DNA of 55,377 nucleotides, the filler included, from Candidatus Zhuqueibacterota bacterium (GTDB lineage Bacteria > BS750m-G25), in assembly GCA_016783505.1 (NCBI GenBank). It is 4 parts of 4 records of this genome, joined end to end, with 100 filler letters (N's around TTAATTAATTAA, not from the genome) between each part and the next. Parts side by side here need not be neighbours in the genome. Positions count along the whole stretch, not along the records: positions 1 to 14,049 come from JADHWK010000056.1; 3 more parts are not named here. One strand, written 5' to 3'. Positions 1-9,660 of this stretch are shown in pieces. A model generated the notes under the pieces. It had not been told where the DNA came from. It worked only from the letters and a program-made list of their open reading frames with translations, and ran no database searches. How positions within the stretch are numbered: position 1 is the stretch's first letter; each line of letters opens with the position of its first letter. A program made the translations under genes and the position numbers.

Positions 1-130
1 TTTTCACCACGAAATCTATTTCGGCACCGGAAAACCTTTGCCTGAGCACCCTCAACAGGGGGCTAGTCAATAAAATGTCCCCTATGGAACTTAAGCGAAG
101 AATCAGAATTTTTTTGGGTGCTGTTACCAT
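1..130 (-). CDS. Glycosyltransferase family 9 (LPS heptosyltransferase-like), 5' part only
   Basis: Manual translation MVTAPKKILILRLSSIGDILLTSPLLRVLRQRFSGAEIDFVVK has the GT9 'ILxxRLSSIGD' N-terminus; runs off the window edge. Confidence 0.85.
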   Translation of the reverse strand, partial: MVTAPKKILILRLSSIGDILLTSPLLRVLRQRFSGAEIDFVVK

Positions 131-211
131 AATAAATATTTTATCCCATTAATGATGAAGCGGAATGTCCAAACTAAAACTCGATCTTCCTGAAATTCTA
201 TAAACATTTCT

Positions 212-1264
212 TTATTTTGCTGAAGGTGAGTATTTAATCTTCCCCCGCAGTCCCGATGAAACCAGGGTTTTAAGGCTGTCGCCCTCCTGATAGATGATGA
301 TACCCTCCAGATCGGGTGATTTTTCTATCAGCCGCACACCAATCTGGGGACCCATCACAAAGACCGCTGTAGCCCAGCCGTCGGCCTCGGTAGCGCTGGG
401 GTGGAGCACGGTGACGCTCACGCACCCCCTCGCCGGGTAGCCGGTTCTGGGATCCAAAACGTGATGATACCTCCGGCCACCGGAGATGAAATACCGCTCG
501 TAATCCCCGGAGCTAGCCACCCCGCCGGATGAAAGGGGAATCGTACCGTAGATCGAATCCTGGGAACGGGGATGACGGATGGCAATTCGCCATGGCTCAC
601 CCTCGCCCCTTTCCCCCAACACTTTCAAATCCCCCCCGATCTCAACGATGGCTGAGGTGATGCCCTCCTGGGCGAGCACTTCAACCGCCCGATCGATGGC
701 ATACCCCTTGGCAATCCCCCCCAGATCAATCCCCATTCCCGGTTCTTTTAAAAAAATGTTGTCTCCCGAGGTTCCGACCAACCGGTACCCGACCCGGCTC
801 AGAAGCCCGGATAACCGTCCACTGTCGGGAACGGTCAGGTTTGGGGACTGAAAATCCCATTCACGCATAAGGGGGGCCACGGTGACGTCAAAAGCCCCAT
901 TCGTCTTCTCCGATATATTCAGGGACTTCGCCATCACCTCAATTAAATCAGGTCCCATCCGAACCCATCCCCGACCTGCTCGCTGGTTAATTTCATGAAC
1001 CAGGCTGACTCCGGAATAAGTGCTCATCAAACTGTCAATTCGGGCTATTTCTGAAAATGCCCTTACCACCGCTTTTTCCAACTGGCGGTGACCCAAATCC
1101 CTATCATAGATGGATACGGTGACGAAGGTACCCATCAAAATCCGGGTTCGTTGATAAGGCTTCGTCAAACGGTCGGGGGTGCAATTCCCCCCCATGAGGA
1201 GAAAAAAAAGACAAAGAACGAATTTTCCTCTTTGTCTCCTTTCTAAAAATTTCTGAACGCTCAC
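212..1264 (-). CDS. apbE: FAD:protein FMN transferase (ApbE family)
   Basis: MGT N-terminal motif, GAFDVTV, DLGGIAKGYAID, SSGDYERY, HHVLDPRTGYP, ADGWATA. Confidence 0.95.
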   Translation of the reverse strand: MSVQKFLERRQRGKFVLCLFFLLMGGNCTPDRLTKPYQRTRILMGTFVTVSIYDRDLGHRQLEKAVVRAFSEIARIDSLMSTYSGVSLVHEINQRAGRGWVRMGPDLIEVMAKSLNISEKTNGAFDVTVAPLMREWDFQSPNLTVPDSGRLSGLLSRVGYRLVGTSGDNIFLKEPGMGIDLGGIAKGYAIDRAVEVLAQEGITSAIVEIGGDLKVLGERGEGEPWRIAIRHPRSQDSIYGTIPLSSGGVASSGDYERYFISGGRRYHHVLDPRTGYPARGCVSVTVLHPSATEADGWATAVFVMGPQIGVRLIEKSPDLEGIIIYQEGDSLKTLVSSGLRGKIKYSPSAK

Positions 1265-1530
1265 CTGGCTTAACCCGTTCCTTACACCAACATCCTTATC
1301 TTATTCCAGATTATTATGGTCGATTCATATGTAATGAGTTCTGAATTTACTATTGTTGATAATAGAATGAATTCACTGGGAATTATAGTAATGGTGGTAA
1401 TGGTTGGAGTAAGAGTATATTCCCATTATTACCATCATGTCCAGTGAATCTATTCACGGCGTCCTCTATACAGCCGGTTATAAGAAGATGTCAAAACCCA
1501 GTTGTCGGAGCGAAGTTAGTTGGAACGGCA

Positions 1531-2502
1531 CTAACCATGTCGGGTGATAGCGAAGGTGACGAAGTTCTCTAAGGCCTTCTTATAGGGGGAATCCGGGCAA
1601 TCAGAAAGATGAGAAATGGCCTGTCCTGCATATTGTTGGGACTTCTCGGTGGCGTATTGGATACCCCCTTTCTCCTTTACCCAGGCGACAATCTCTTCCC
1701 GGCGACTACCGTCTGTCCCCTTCTTGAGCCAGCCAAGAACCCGGCTACGCTCCTTGGGCCTGGCCTCAGACATGGCATGGATGAGGGGTAGGGTCAATCC
1801 GTTGTTCCCCAGATCACTACCCACCGGTTTTCCCATCTTTTCTTTGGTCCCGATCAAATCCAGTATATCATCCCGAATTTGATAGGCCATCCCCAGGCAC
1901 TCGCCGTATTTTTTAAGCCCCAGACACCGGTCATCATCAGCAACGACTACGGCACCCCCCAGCTCACAGGAGGCGGAAATCAAGGCTGCGGTTTTGTCGG
2001 AAATCATATTTAAATAGGCCTCTTCAGACAAATCCAACCTTCGGTTCCCCATGATCTGATTAAGCTCCCCCTGACTCATCCGTCTGGCCGCCTGGGAGAG
2101 GATTTCAAAAACCCGAAAATCACGAACGTCTAGCATGGCAGCCAGGCACTTTGAAAGGATATAATCGCCCAGCAATACGGACACCTTATTCTTCCATCTG
2201 GCGTTAACCGAGGGCATTCCCCGCCGCACTTGGGATTCATCCACCACATCATCATGGATCAGGGTAGCGGTGTGAAGGAGTTCAGCGATGATGGCCACCC
2301 GAAAGCTGTTTTCGTTCACCCCCCCACACAGGTGGCTGCAAAGCAGGGTCAGGGTGGGGCGAATCCGCTTCCCCCGCCTTAAAAATCCATATTTTATGAC
2401 CCGGTCAACTATGAAGATATTCGACTTCAAGGTATTCTCGAATTCCTTGTTGAAACGTCGCATCTCCTTGCTGACAACCGACCGAATCTTTTGCAGGGTC
2501 AT
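1531..2502 (-). CDS. Polyprenyl diphosphate synthase (IspB/HepT-like)
   Basis: GKRIRP, FARM LIHDDVVD...RRG, SARM QIRDDILD. Confidence 0.95.
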   Translation of the reverse strand: MTLQKIRSVVSKEMRRFNKEFENTLKSNIFIVDRVIKYGFLRRGKRIRPTLTLLCSHLCGGVNENSFRVAIIAELLHTATLIHDDVVDESQVRRGMPSVNARWKNKVSVLLGDYILSKCLAAMLDVRDFRVFEILSQAARRMSQGELNQIMGNRRLDLSEEAYLNMISDKTAALISASCELGGAVVVADDDRCLGLKKYGECLGMAYQIRDDILDLIGTKEKMGKPVGSDLGNNGLTLPLIHAMSEARPKERSRVLGWLKKGTDGSRREEIVAWVKEKGGIQYATEKSQQYAGQAISHLSDCPDSPYKKALENFVTFAITRHG

Positions 2503-3026
2503 CCCCTTACCCTCAGTAAATAATGGTTACATAACGGGCAAAGTATCAGCCACCGAAAACAAGATACAACGGAATGGTTGATTTTCGAAAACATTGTATA
2601 AACTCTCAAATCTCAAATTTGTCGAACAGCTTTTTCGGTTGGCTGCTTACAATCATTGTCGCTTTACAAAACGTAAAGGTAGTACATGTCAGCCTCAGAC
2701 TATTTAACAGGGTGAAGATCAATGTAAACCAGACAACGAATAAAAAAGAACAAGCGGGTTAGGAATTCATTCTTCACATGATAGCATGTGAGAGAATAGG
2801 TTATTCTCAAGGAACGCGCATTATATGTTACTTTCTATGTACGGCAAGTATTATGATGATTCTTATGGCCTTTTGCCACACAATCTGTCAAGAATGAAGA
2901 CCTGACCCCGTTGCTTTCATTTAATTACCTAAGGAAGTCCCCAACTAACACACAAGCGATCCATTCCAGGGCATCGAAGGCCTTCTCCTGTTTAATGAGA
3001 TGCCCCCATTATCAGGGCAAATTTTA

Positions 3027-4103
3027 TTATTGAGTTAATGGTACAAATATTACAAACTCGTTGAGAGCATTATTAGAGAAAGTATTTGCAAATAAATGGT
3101 CATTCATTTTAATCGTCCCGTGAAAACTGTTTAATCGACGGTAATAGTGAGTGGAAATACCGCTTGTAACATCATTGGTGATATTCGCCTCAAGGACATT
3201 TTCAATGTCAAGTTGACAGGAAACTTCAACGTTGTTTTCTTTTCCGCTAAAAAAGATATGATTTGGTATATTGTCGCCAGTTTCCGGGTAAATCACATAA
3301 TCGCTTAGTTCACATTGCATATTGTTGGAGGCAAATATTACCTCTCCATCCTTGGCAAGATATAATGATGGTTGAGCCTTGCCGCTGTCCTGATCCATGA
3401 GCCAGCCATAAACATAAGTATATTTTTCATCATACATGCGTCCCCAGCCCCAGCCATTAAAACAATTAAACATATCGGTATCTCCCCAGTTGTGATCGTG
3501 GTAACCCTCTCCACTAACTTCAATTTGCTTGCCATCGATCCAGATTTTGCCCTGCACATCCCCTCTTGGAATGGCATTGACCCAACCCTGTTTTCCGGAA
3601 TCATTATCAACTATAAGACCACTCTCAGACCATTTCCAGGGCGGAACAGTTCTTCTGAATGTTAGTTCCGCGCCAAGATCCGAGGTATGCATTGATAACA
3701 GGTACATATCGCCTTCCTGACGAAGATAATCATTTCCCATTACAACATCACATTTTTCTATACTGGCAGAACATTCACTTTCGTCACGTATTTCGATGCC
3801 TCGAGCTTTTGTGCCATCTGGACGATATATGTCTATTATTACAAGGGGAATATGTACAGGACCAACCCTGTTGCGCAATGAGTATGTAAGAGCACAGGTG
3901 TAGCCATTATCAAACTGGGTGTCCAAATACCACCATTCAAAGTAGTTCTCAGTATCGTAAGGATGAAGGGCATCATCGGAATCCTTAAATCCCCCGGGCG
4001 GAGTTAAATTTGGAAATATTGGGGAATCATTACTGTCAGCACACCCGGATATTGTTATTGCAATAGATATTAAAACTATCACAAAAATGCATTGTTTTCT
4101 CAT
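3027..4103 (-). CDS. Lipoprotein with AttH/CrtC-like (lipocalin-type) fold
   Basis: GGAGG before ATG 4103, lipobox ISGC, EWWY and GYHDHNWG motifs. Confidence 0.7.
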   Translation of the reverse strand: MRKQCIFVIVLISIAITISGCADSNDSPIFPNLTPPGGFKDSDDALHPYDTENYFEWWYLDTQFDNGYTCALTYSLRNRVGPVHIPLVIIDIYRPDGTKARGIEIRDESECSASIEKCDVVMGNDYLRQEGDMYLLSMHTSDLGAELTFRRTVPPWKWSESGLIVDNDSGKQGWVNAIPRGDVQGKIWIDGKQIEVSGEGYHDHNWGDTDMFNCFNGWGWGRMYDEKYTYVYGWLMDQDSGKAQPSLYLAKDGEVIFASNNMQCELSDYVIYPETGDNIPNHIFFSGKENNVEVSCQLDIENVLEANITNDVTSGISTHYYRRLNSFHGTIKMNDHLFANTFSNNALNEFVIFVPLTQ

Positions 4104-4519
4104 TACAACACCTCCTTCCAATTTATTGACTTTTAACACAAATATGGATTCTTCCGAGATCACCAATTTTCTCAGCTTTCCCCAACACTTCTCCATTCTT
4201 CACCGCAAGAGTTTGGGGAAGAATTCAGTCCCCATTCCGTTGCTTTCGGTTTTCATTTTTATATTTCCACCTTGGTTTTCGACTATATTTTTTGATATTA
4301 CGTCTTGTTATTAAAATCCTATGGAAAAACTGTTGCGAAGGGTTTTAGCCTTTCGCTCAACGTGGAAAGTTGGGTGTATGTCTTCATATGATTTTGGACT
4401 CGACATGCGAAAATATACAAGAGACCTTTCACATTTGCATAGAGTATCAAGCCGCAACATTCAGGTTAGATCATATCCTGTGGTCATTTGATCAAACTCG
4501 AAATCTGGCTTGCACTCTG

Positions 4520-4683
4520 ACGCTGCCCGATCAGGTGAAGCGGTGGTTATACGCCGTTGATTAGTACTGATTTCAAAGCCTTGTTCCATTATTTTATCAA
4601 TTAGCGATTTGTTACTTAATCCGCTCTTCAACAAACAAAAAGGCATTTTCTTTTTGGGTCAGTTTGATGCGCGGGTTATACGC
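4520..4683 (-). repeat. Two truncated attC halves bracketing a cassette remnant
   Basis: Minus strand reads GCGTATAAC-CCGCGCATCAAACTGAC (from 4683) and GCGTATAAC-CACCGCTTCACCTGATC (from 4554); both are R''+L''-like arms with no matching right arm. Confidence 0.55.
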
Positions 4684-4735
4684 TAACAAAATTTCCGCTT
4701 TTATTACAGTGATTACATTACACTCAACCTATAAG

Positions 4736-5368
4736 TTACTCGCTCAATTTAAATGGCGGATACTGGTCGGTAGTCAACAGGAAAGCATATGCGCTCACTC
4801 TGAGTGACCACCTTATGACACCAACTACGAAATCGAACAAACCTCTGGGATAATTACCAGTAAACAGTATGGCAAACCAAGAAATGATTGTGCAAATCGC
4901 TACAGCGATATAAAGAAAACAGAGAATAATCAAGTGCGGAATGGCCAAAAACCACTTCACAAGGGGCATTCCACGGTGAAGCTCTGCTTTTGCATTAGGA
5001 TAAGGTATTTCAATGTGAACCGCTTGTTCTTCATCTGTTGAAGGGTATTCATGTCTGAGCAGCAATAAATAGGAAAAAACCCTCGTACTAAACTTGGTTA
5101 GAGAAACATTCCAGTCAAACCACCACTTAGGATACTTTTTCCGGAAAAGAATCATTAATAGCGTCGGGACAAATACAAACCCACCGCCGTAGCAAATACA
5201 TTTACAGCCTTGTACAGAGTTTGTTTCATTATGACCACCGATAAGTAAAGCAAAGATGATCAAAATAGGGATGACAGTAAAAATCCGGAAAAAAGTAGTA
5301 AGCTTGTCAGCTCGTTCAGAGTAATCAATACTCAAACTGACAGGGTATTGCTCTTTCGCTTCTGCCAT
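4736..5368 (-). CDS. DUF4389 membrane protein (integron cassette ORF)
   Basis: Two repeats ending YP.wwFdwN...Y.lLL.heYP and FTGNYPRGLFDF...TDQYPPF; preceded by GTTATAC core site. Confidence 0.85.
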   Translation of the reverse strand: MAEAKEQYPVSLSIDYSERADKLTTFFRIFTVIPILIIFALLIGGHNETNSVQGCKCICYGGGFVFVPTLLMILFRKKYPKWWFDWNVSLTKFSTRVFSYLLLLRHEYPSTDEEQAVHIEIPYPNAKAELHRGMPLVKWFLAIPHLIILCFLYIAVAICTIISWFAILFTGNYPRGLFDFVVGVIRWSLRVSAYAFLLTTDQYPPFKLSE

Positions 5369-5435
5369 TGCTAAACCTCCCGTGTATAATTTATAATCAT
5401 ATAATCAGTAATATATTCTTCAACAGATAACTAGC

Positions 5436-5569
5436 GTATAACGGCTATTGCTCAGTTGCCGCCGACATTTATGCACAGAGCTTTAGGAATAACACAAAAC
5501 GTTACTAACAATTAAAAACTCCGAAATTGTGCCAGAGCGAGGCGGTCAACTGCAACCACTGGTTTAGAC
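5436..5569 (-). mobile_element. attC site (long, ~134 bp)
   Basis: Minus strand GTCTAAAC CAGTGG TTGCAGTTGACCGCC...GGCGGCAACTGAG CAATAGCC GTTATAC has complementary L boxes and a GTT core; R'' carries one extra A. Confidence 0.8.
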
Positions 5570-5612
5570 CAACATATAGATATTATAATACTTATATACT
5601 ATTTCCAATAAG

Positions 5613-6458
5613 TTAAAACCTTAATGAACCACCTAATGCTTCGTACACATCCAAAACATTTTTTAAGGCGGTTATTTCCAAGCGATCAATATCAAAATCT
5701 TTATGATAATTTCTTCCGTTGTATCTCACTATTGCAGATTTATTTGAAATAATCGCTTTAATCATATTATAAATATAAGAATTAACAGAAGTATCATACC
5801 ATTCCCATGTTCTACCCCCTCCACTATCTCTTTTGATTTCTCCGTATGAGGGGGCAATAGTAAATGATTTATCGCCAACTTTTATAATGTAACTTTGAAT
5901 AAATAACCAATCACCAGATGTAAACTGAATCCTAAACCGTAACCATGGATTTGATAACTTTCTTTTGCCAATATATAAAAAGAAGCCAAAATAATCAGTG
6001 TGTTCCGTTGTAGTTTTATCACGATAAAAAGTAACTCCTTGAATATCATCATAGCTTTTTCTCATTTTACTTGTAGCATTGGCTAATCGTTGTTTCTCTT
6101 TTTGTATTCTTAGTCTTTCTGCTCTTTCTTCAGCAGCTTTTTCTTTTTTTAATGCTTTCTCAGCTTTAGAAATGAGTATTTTCCCTTTTTCCGCTTCAGG
6201 TGATCCAGGATGTTTTTCGAATAAATTATTTAACACTTCAATAGTTTTATTGTAATCTTTATCGATGAATGAGTTTTCTGCTATTTTGTATAGCCTTTCA
6301 GCGCCAAATTTCAACTCTTCAATTTCTGCTTTCAATTTTACATTTTCTTTTTTTAGTTTATCATGTTCTGATTGTGAAGGGCCACAGTTTAACAATATCA
6401 ATCCAAATGTAAAAATATATAGAATCCATTTCATTTGATCTCTCATGTTAATAAACAT
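5613..6458 (-). CDS. Hypothetical lipoprotein with coiled-coil/TPR-like segment (integron cassette ORF)
   Basis: Lipobox LLNC, very AT-rich, bounded by attC sites on both sides. Confidence 0.7.
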   Translation of the reverse strand: MFINMRDQMKWILYIFTFGLILLNCGPSQSEHDKLKKENVKLKAEIEELKFGAERLYKIAENSFIDKDYNKTIEVLNNLFEKHPGSPEAEKGKILISKAEKALKKEKAAEERAERLRIQKEKQRLANATSKMRKSYDDIQGVTFYRDKTTTEHTDYFGFFLYIGKRKLSNPWLRFRIQFTSGDWLFIQSYIIKVGDKSFTIAPSYGEIKRDSGGGRTWEWYDTSVNSYIYNMIKAIISNKSAIVRYNGRNYHKDFDIDRLEITALKNVLDVYEALGGSLRF

Positions 6459-6509
6459 CCCTTATTTTTTAATTTGAAAATTTTGTTTATCAACACAAAA
6501 TTCTATATG

Positions 6510-6564
6510 GCCTAACGATTTGCATCAGCGGCGCGTTTGCGTCCGTTGCATACAGTTGTTAGCG
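6510..6564 (-). mobile_element. attC site (55 bp)
   Basis: Minus strand CGCTAAC AACTG TATGCAACGG ACGCAAACGCG CCGCTGATGCA AATC GTTAGGC has the canonical R''-L''-L'-R' layout. Confidence 0.9.
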
Positions 6565-6601
6565 CCGTATGGTTCCGGCTAGTCAATCACATCAACCCAG
6601 T

Positions 6602-7123
6602 TCACCTCTTGCGAAGCCGCGGTATCCACATTGGCACTTCCCGCATGTACTGCTCATACTCCTCGCCAAAGCGCGCAAGCAGCAGCCTTTCCTCGTAGTG
6701 CGAGATGTAATGCAAGAACCTGATCGCAATAATCCACACCACTGCAGCAGCCAATGATATACTCAGCATCAGAAGACCAAGATAAAGCAGAATCTCGCTC
6801 AGGTATACTGGATGCCGAACGACATTGAATACGCTCTCTCTGATCACGCCGGGCTTCTCCCCCTCCTTGCCGAACACGATAGACAGGCCCGTTCTCGCCA
6901 GGTAGCCCGAAAGAATCAACAGAACGACTCCAGAATGTATTTTGACGCCAAGTGGCACGTACTGGTTGAGGAACGTCGTGTACTTGAGAAAGAATGTATC
7001 TGCTATCCACGTAGCCGCAAATAGGCAGGCCAGCACTATCTGTCCGGCATCGCCAACTGCATGCTCGCCGGTAAGATCGTCCCGCTGTTGTTGTACTTTC
7101 TTCTGCTTATGCTGGTAAGCCAT
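6602..7123 (-). CDS. Isoprenylcysteine carboxyl methyltransferase / PEMT family membrane protein (integron cassette ORF)
   Basis: RHPVY, EERLL..FGEEY..Y.REVPMWIP; starts after GTTAGCG (7170-7164), which is complementary to its own R'' CGCTAAC. Confidence 0.85.
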   Translation of the reverse strand: MAYQHKQKKVQQQRDDLTGEHAVGDAGQIVLACLFAATWIADTFFLKYTTFLNQYVPLGVKIHSGVVLLILSGYLARTGLSIVFGKEGEKPGVIRESVFNVVRHPVYLSEILLYLGLLMLSISLAAAVVWIIAIRFLHYISHYEERLLLARFGEEYEQYMREVPMWIPRLRKR

Positions 7124-7361
7124 GTCATTTCCTTTCCCGCCCCCTGTTTGATGAAGGAATGCGCGCTAACCTAGGTTTCAGTATACTAATACAAAACGCA
7201 AACACGGCTAAAACAAAACCTTAAATAGATTCAAGTTTCTAGTTGCAAGGCAACTTGGGTGTGCAAAGTCCTCTTTATTTCTAAACCAAGGCACAGCGTA
7301 GGTTCTTTCTTTATAAACCCCCAAACCATAGAAAATTGCCCCGAATCTCCTTGGTTATGTT

Positions 7362-8084
7362 CTAATAAATATACCGCCTTAAGGCGAAGCCCACCACAAG
7401 GGAAAGCAAAACGGAGGTAGCCACTTTGACCTTAATCGGAAGGCCATTTTTGAATGAATCCCGGGCCAGAATATAACGGGGAAGATAGGTCAGAATAACC
7501 AGCAGGTAAAACCAATTCCCGAGCAGAAAGGCGACCGTCATGACCAGTCGCTCAAAATATCCCAACAACTTCTTTTTCATCCTAGGAAAGGCTACCGGCG
7601 ACTGCTCGGGGTCAGCGGATCGCTGGGAAACCCACAGTTGCATGTAAAAAACCCATATCGTCCCGCCGAAAACTGAGATAATGAACCCAGAGAGAATAAT
7701 GAGAACGGAAGTATTGTAAAGGGGTGACAAATCGGACAATGGATAGGAGGGCTGGTAGAACTGGACGATACATAAAATTACCGTAATGTGAAGAAATTGG
7801 TCTAGAATAAAAAAGAAAATGTCATCTTTCAAATACTTGCTAGTTATAATAAGCTTGGATTTATCAATGATGAGGTGGGAAACCAGTTTAACCAGAAGCA
7901 CCAGCCAAAAGGCGCCCAACGTGAGGTAGGGAAAGCAGACCGCAGCAGTAACCCCGGTCACGATACCACAATGGAGCAATACCCCATATGGGTGCTGGGA
8001 TTTTACCCGGAAGACAAAGTCGGTCTGAAGGGGAAAATCAGCAATAAGGTGAGCCAGAAGGAGAAGCCAGAAGAAGTTATCCAT
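7362..8084 (-). CDS. DUF3307 membrane protein
   Basis: LLAHLIADFPLQ, H.IID..K, DQFLH, GYFER. Confidence 0.85.
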   Translation of the reverse strand: MDNFFWLLLLAHLIADFPLQTDFVFRVKSQHPYGVLLHCGIVTGVTAAVCFPYLTLGAFWLVLLVKLVSHLIIDKSKLIITSKYLKDDIFFFILDQFLHITVILCIVQFYQPSYPLSDLSPLYNTSVLIILSGFIISVFGGTIWVFYMQLWVSQRSADPEQSPVAFPRMKKKLLGYFERLVMTVAFLLGNWFYLLVILTYLPRYILARDSFKNGLPIKVKVATSVLLSLVVGFALRRYIY

Positions 8085-8109
8085 TATTAGCTAAACTAAT
8101 ACAATATTT

Positions 8110-8553
8110 CTATTCTTTCACCACCCATACTTTAACCTTCGCTTCCACCTGCGGATGGATCTTGATAGGAACCGTATACACCCCCAGAGCCTTGATGGGC
8201 TCTTCTAACTCTATCTTTTTCCGGTCCACTTGAAAGCCCTGCTCCGCCAGCGCTTCGCTGATGGTCTGGGGGATCACTGCCCCAAACATCCTATCCTCCT
8301 CACCCACCGGGACAGGAATAGTGACCGAGGCCTTCTCAATCGCTTCAGCCATCCGACGGGAAGCTCTCAGGTCCCGGTTTAACTTTAGGGCCTCTTTTTT
8401 CTTCATCTCTTCATAAATACGGAGGTTGCCCTTCGTCTCCTTAAAGGCCAACCCCCTTGGAATAAGATAGTTACGGGCGTAGCCGTCCTTCACGCTAACC
8501 ACTTCCCCCAACCTGCCCAACCCATCCACATCCACCTTTAGAATTACTTTCAT
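8110..8553 (-). CDS. rplI: 50S ribosomal protein L9
   Basis: MKVIL..DV.GLG..GEVV.VKDGYARNYLIP; position in operon. Confidence 0.98.
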   Translation of the reverse strand: MKVILKVDVDGLGRLGEVVSVKDGYARNYLIPRGLAFKETKGNLRIYEEMKKKEALKLNRDLRASRRMAEAIEKASVTIPVPVGEEDRMFGAVIPQTISEALAEQGFQVDRKKIELEEPIKALGVYTVPIKIHPQVEAKVKVWVVKE

Positions 8554-8634
8554 CATACGAATCACCATAGGATACACAATAAAAGACAAGCGTTTTTCAC
8601 GAAATGACAAAATCGAACGTAGGGGCTAGGCCCC

Positions 8635-8830
8635 AATTGGAATAATGGAACAATGGAAGGATGCCCCAAGGCCCGTATGGGGAAGAATGGGTATCTCCAA
8701 CCTTCCAGCATTCCCTACGGGCTGCAGGCCAACATTCCCCTACAGGTCTTGCCTGCCCGGCCAGGGGGACAGTATTCCCCCACAGGTCTTGGAACAATAT
8801 TCCATCACTCCAGAAATTTTGGAATTAAAT
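8635..8830. repeat. Short-tandem-repeat/hairpin insert between rpsR and rplI
   Basis: TGGAATAATGGAACAATGGAA (from 8638) opposed by TCCAACCTTCCAGCATTCC and TTCCATCACTCCA; same 8-mer family as 10130-10465. Confidence 0.55.
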
Positions 8831-8884
8831 AACACTAATATTTTCATAAAATTTTATCCCGCATGTGCGGGACAAGACATTGGG

Positions 8885-9109
8885 TTATCTCGCCTGTATA
8901 TCAACAAAAGGCAACAGGGCCAGATGTCTAGCATGCTTGATGGCCTTGACCAATTGTCTCTGATGCTTGGTGCAGGTTCCCGAAATCCGAGCTGGAATGA
9001 TCTTGCCCGTATCGGTCGTAAATTTGAACAGACGCTTTTTATCCTTGTAATCAACCTCCCTGATGCTCTCTTCACAAAACCGGCAGATGCCCTTGCGATA
9101 GTTCATCAT
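8885..9109 (-). CDS. rpsR: 30S ribosomal protein S18 (zinc-binding C+ form)
   Basis: CRFC, VDYKD, GKIIPARISGTC.KHQR, AR.LALLPF. Confidence 0.98.
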   Translation of the reverse strand: MMNYRKGICRFCEESIREVDYKDKKRLFKFTTDTGKIIPARISGTCTKHQRQLVKAIKHARHLALLPFVDIQAR

Positions 9110-9118
9110 AACCCCTTA

Positions 9119-9649
9119 TTAAAATTCCAAATCCTTGTAGCCGAAATCGAAATTCTCCTTTTCGTCAGGCTGATTTTCAGCTTCAGCAATCACAGCTTCG
9201 CTGGGTGCCTTCTTTTTCAAGCTCTCCTCGGTAGGGGTCTTTTCCCCCTCCTCAGCGGACTTACCTTCTTCAGGCCCTTCCTCATCAACATGCTCGATCA
9301 CTTCTCTCCTGTCCAGAAACTGGATCCTCCGGGCTTTTATCTCCACGATATTGCGGTTGTAACCGTCAGGAGTTCTCCAATTCCGACTCTGCAGCTCCCC
9401 TTCCACTAATACCGCGCTTCCCTTTTTGATACTCTCAGAACAGCTCTCAGCCAATTTATGCCAGGCCACTACCCCGATAAAACAGACCTCCTCCCGCCAA
9501 CCCCCTAAATTGTCCTTAAATTTACGGTTATTAGCGATGGTAAAATTGGCCACAGGAACCCCGGCCAGGGTTTTTCTACAACTGGGATCTCGGGTGAGAT
9601 TTCCAGCGATACAGACATAATTGATGTCTGGCATCTTAATGTTGACCAT
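9119..9649 (-). CDS. ssb: Single-stranded DNA-binding protein
   Basis: AGNLTRDP, KGSAVLVEGELQSRNW, acidic tail ending DLEF. Confidence 0.96.
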   Translation of the reverse strand: MVNIKMPDINYVCIAGNLTRDPSCRKTLAGVPVANFTIANNRKFKDNLGGWREEVCFIGVVAWHKLAESCSESIKKGSAVLVEGELQSRNWRTPDGYNRNIVEIKARRIQFLDRREVIEHVDEEGPEEGKSAEEGEKTPTEESLKKKAPSEAVIAEAENQPDEKENFDFGYKDLEF

Positions 9650-9660
9650 TTTCCCCTCAA

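Noticed and set aside
1465-1536. GTTAGTG core at the polyprenyl synthase stop followed by CTTATAAC, resembling cassette ends
   Set aside because: No complementary L boxes or closing GTT; too weak to call attC
2812-2835. dif-like sequence AACGCGCATTATATGTTAC
   Set aside because: Lacks the 11-6-11 XerC/XerD spacing
8645-9409. 254-aa plus-strand ORF and the many other antisense ORFs over hppA, selD, gyrA and the ATPases
   Set aside because: Shadow frames opposite well-supported genes, with no recognisable motifs
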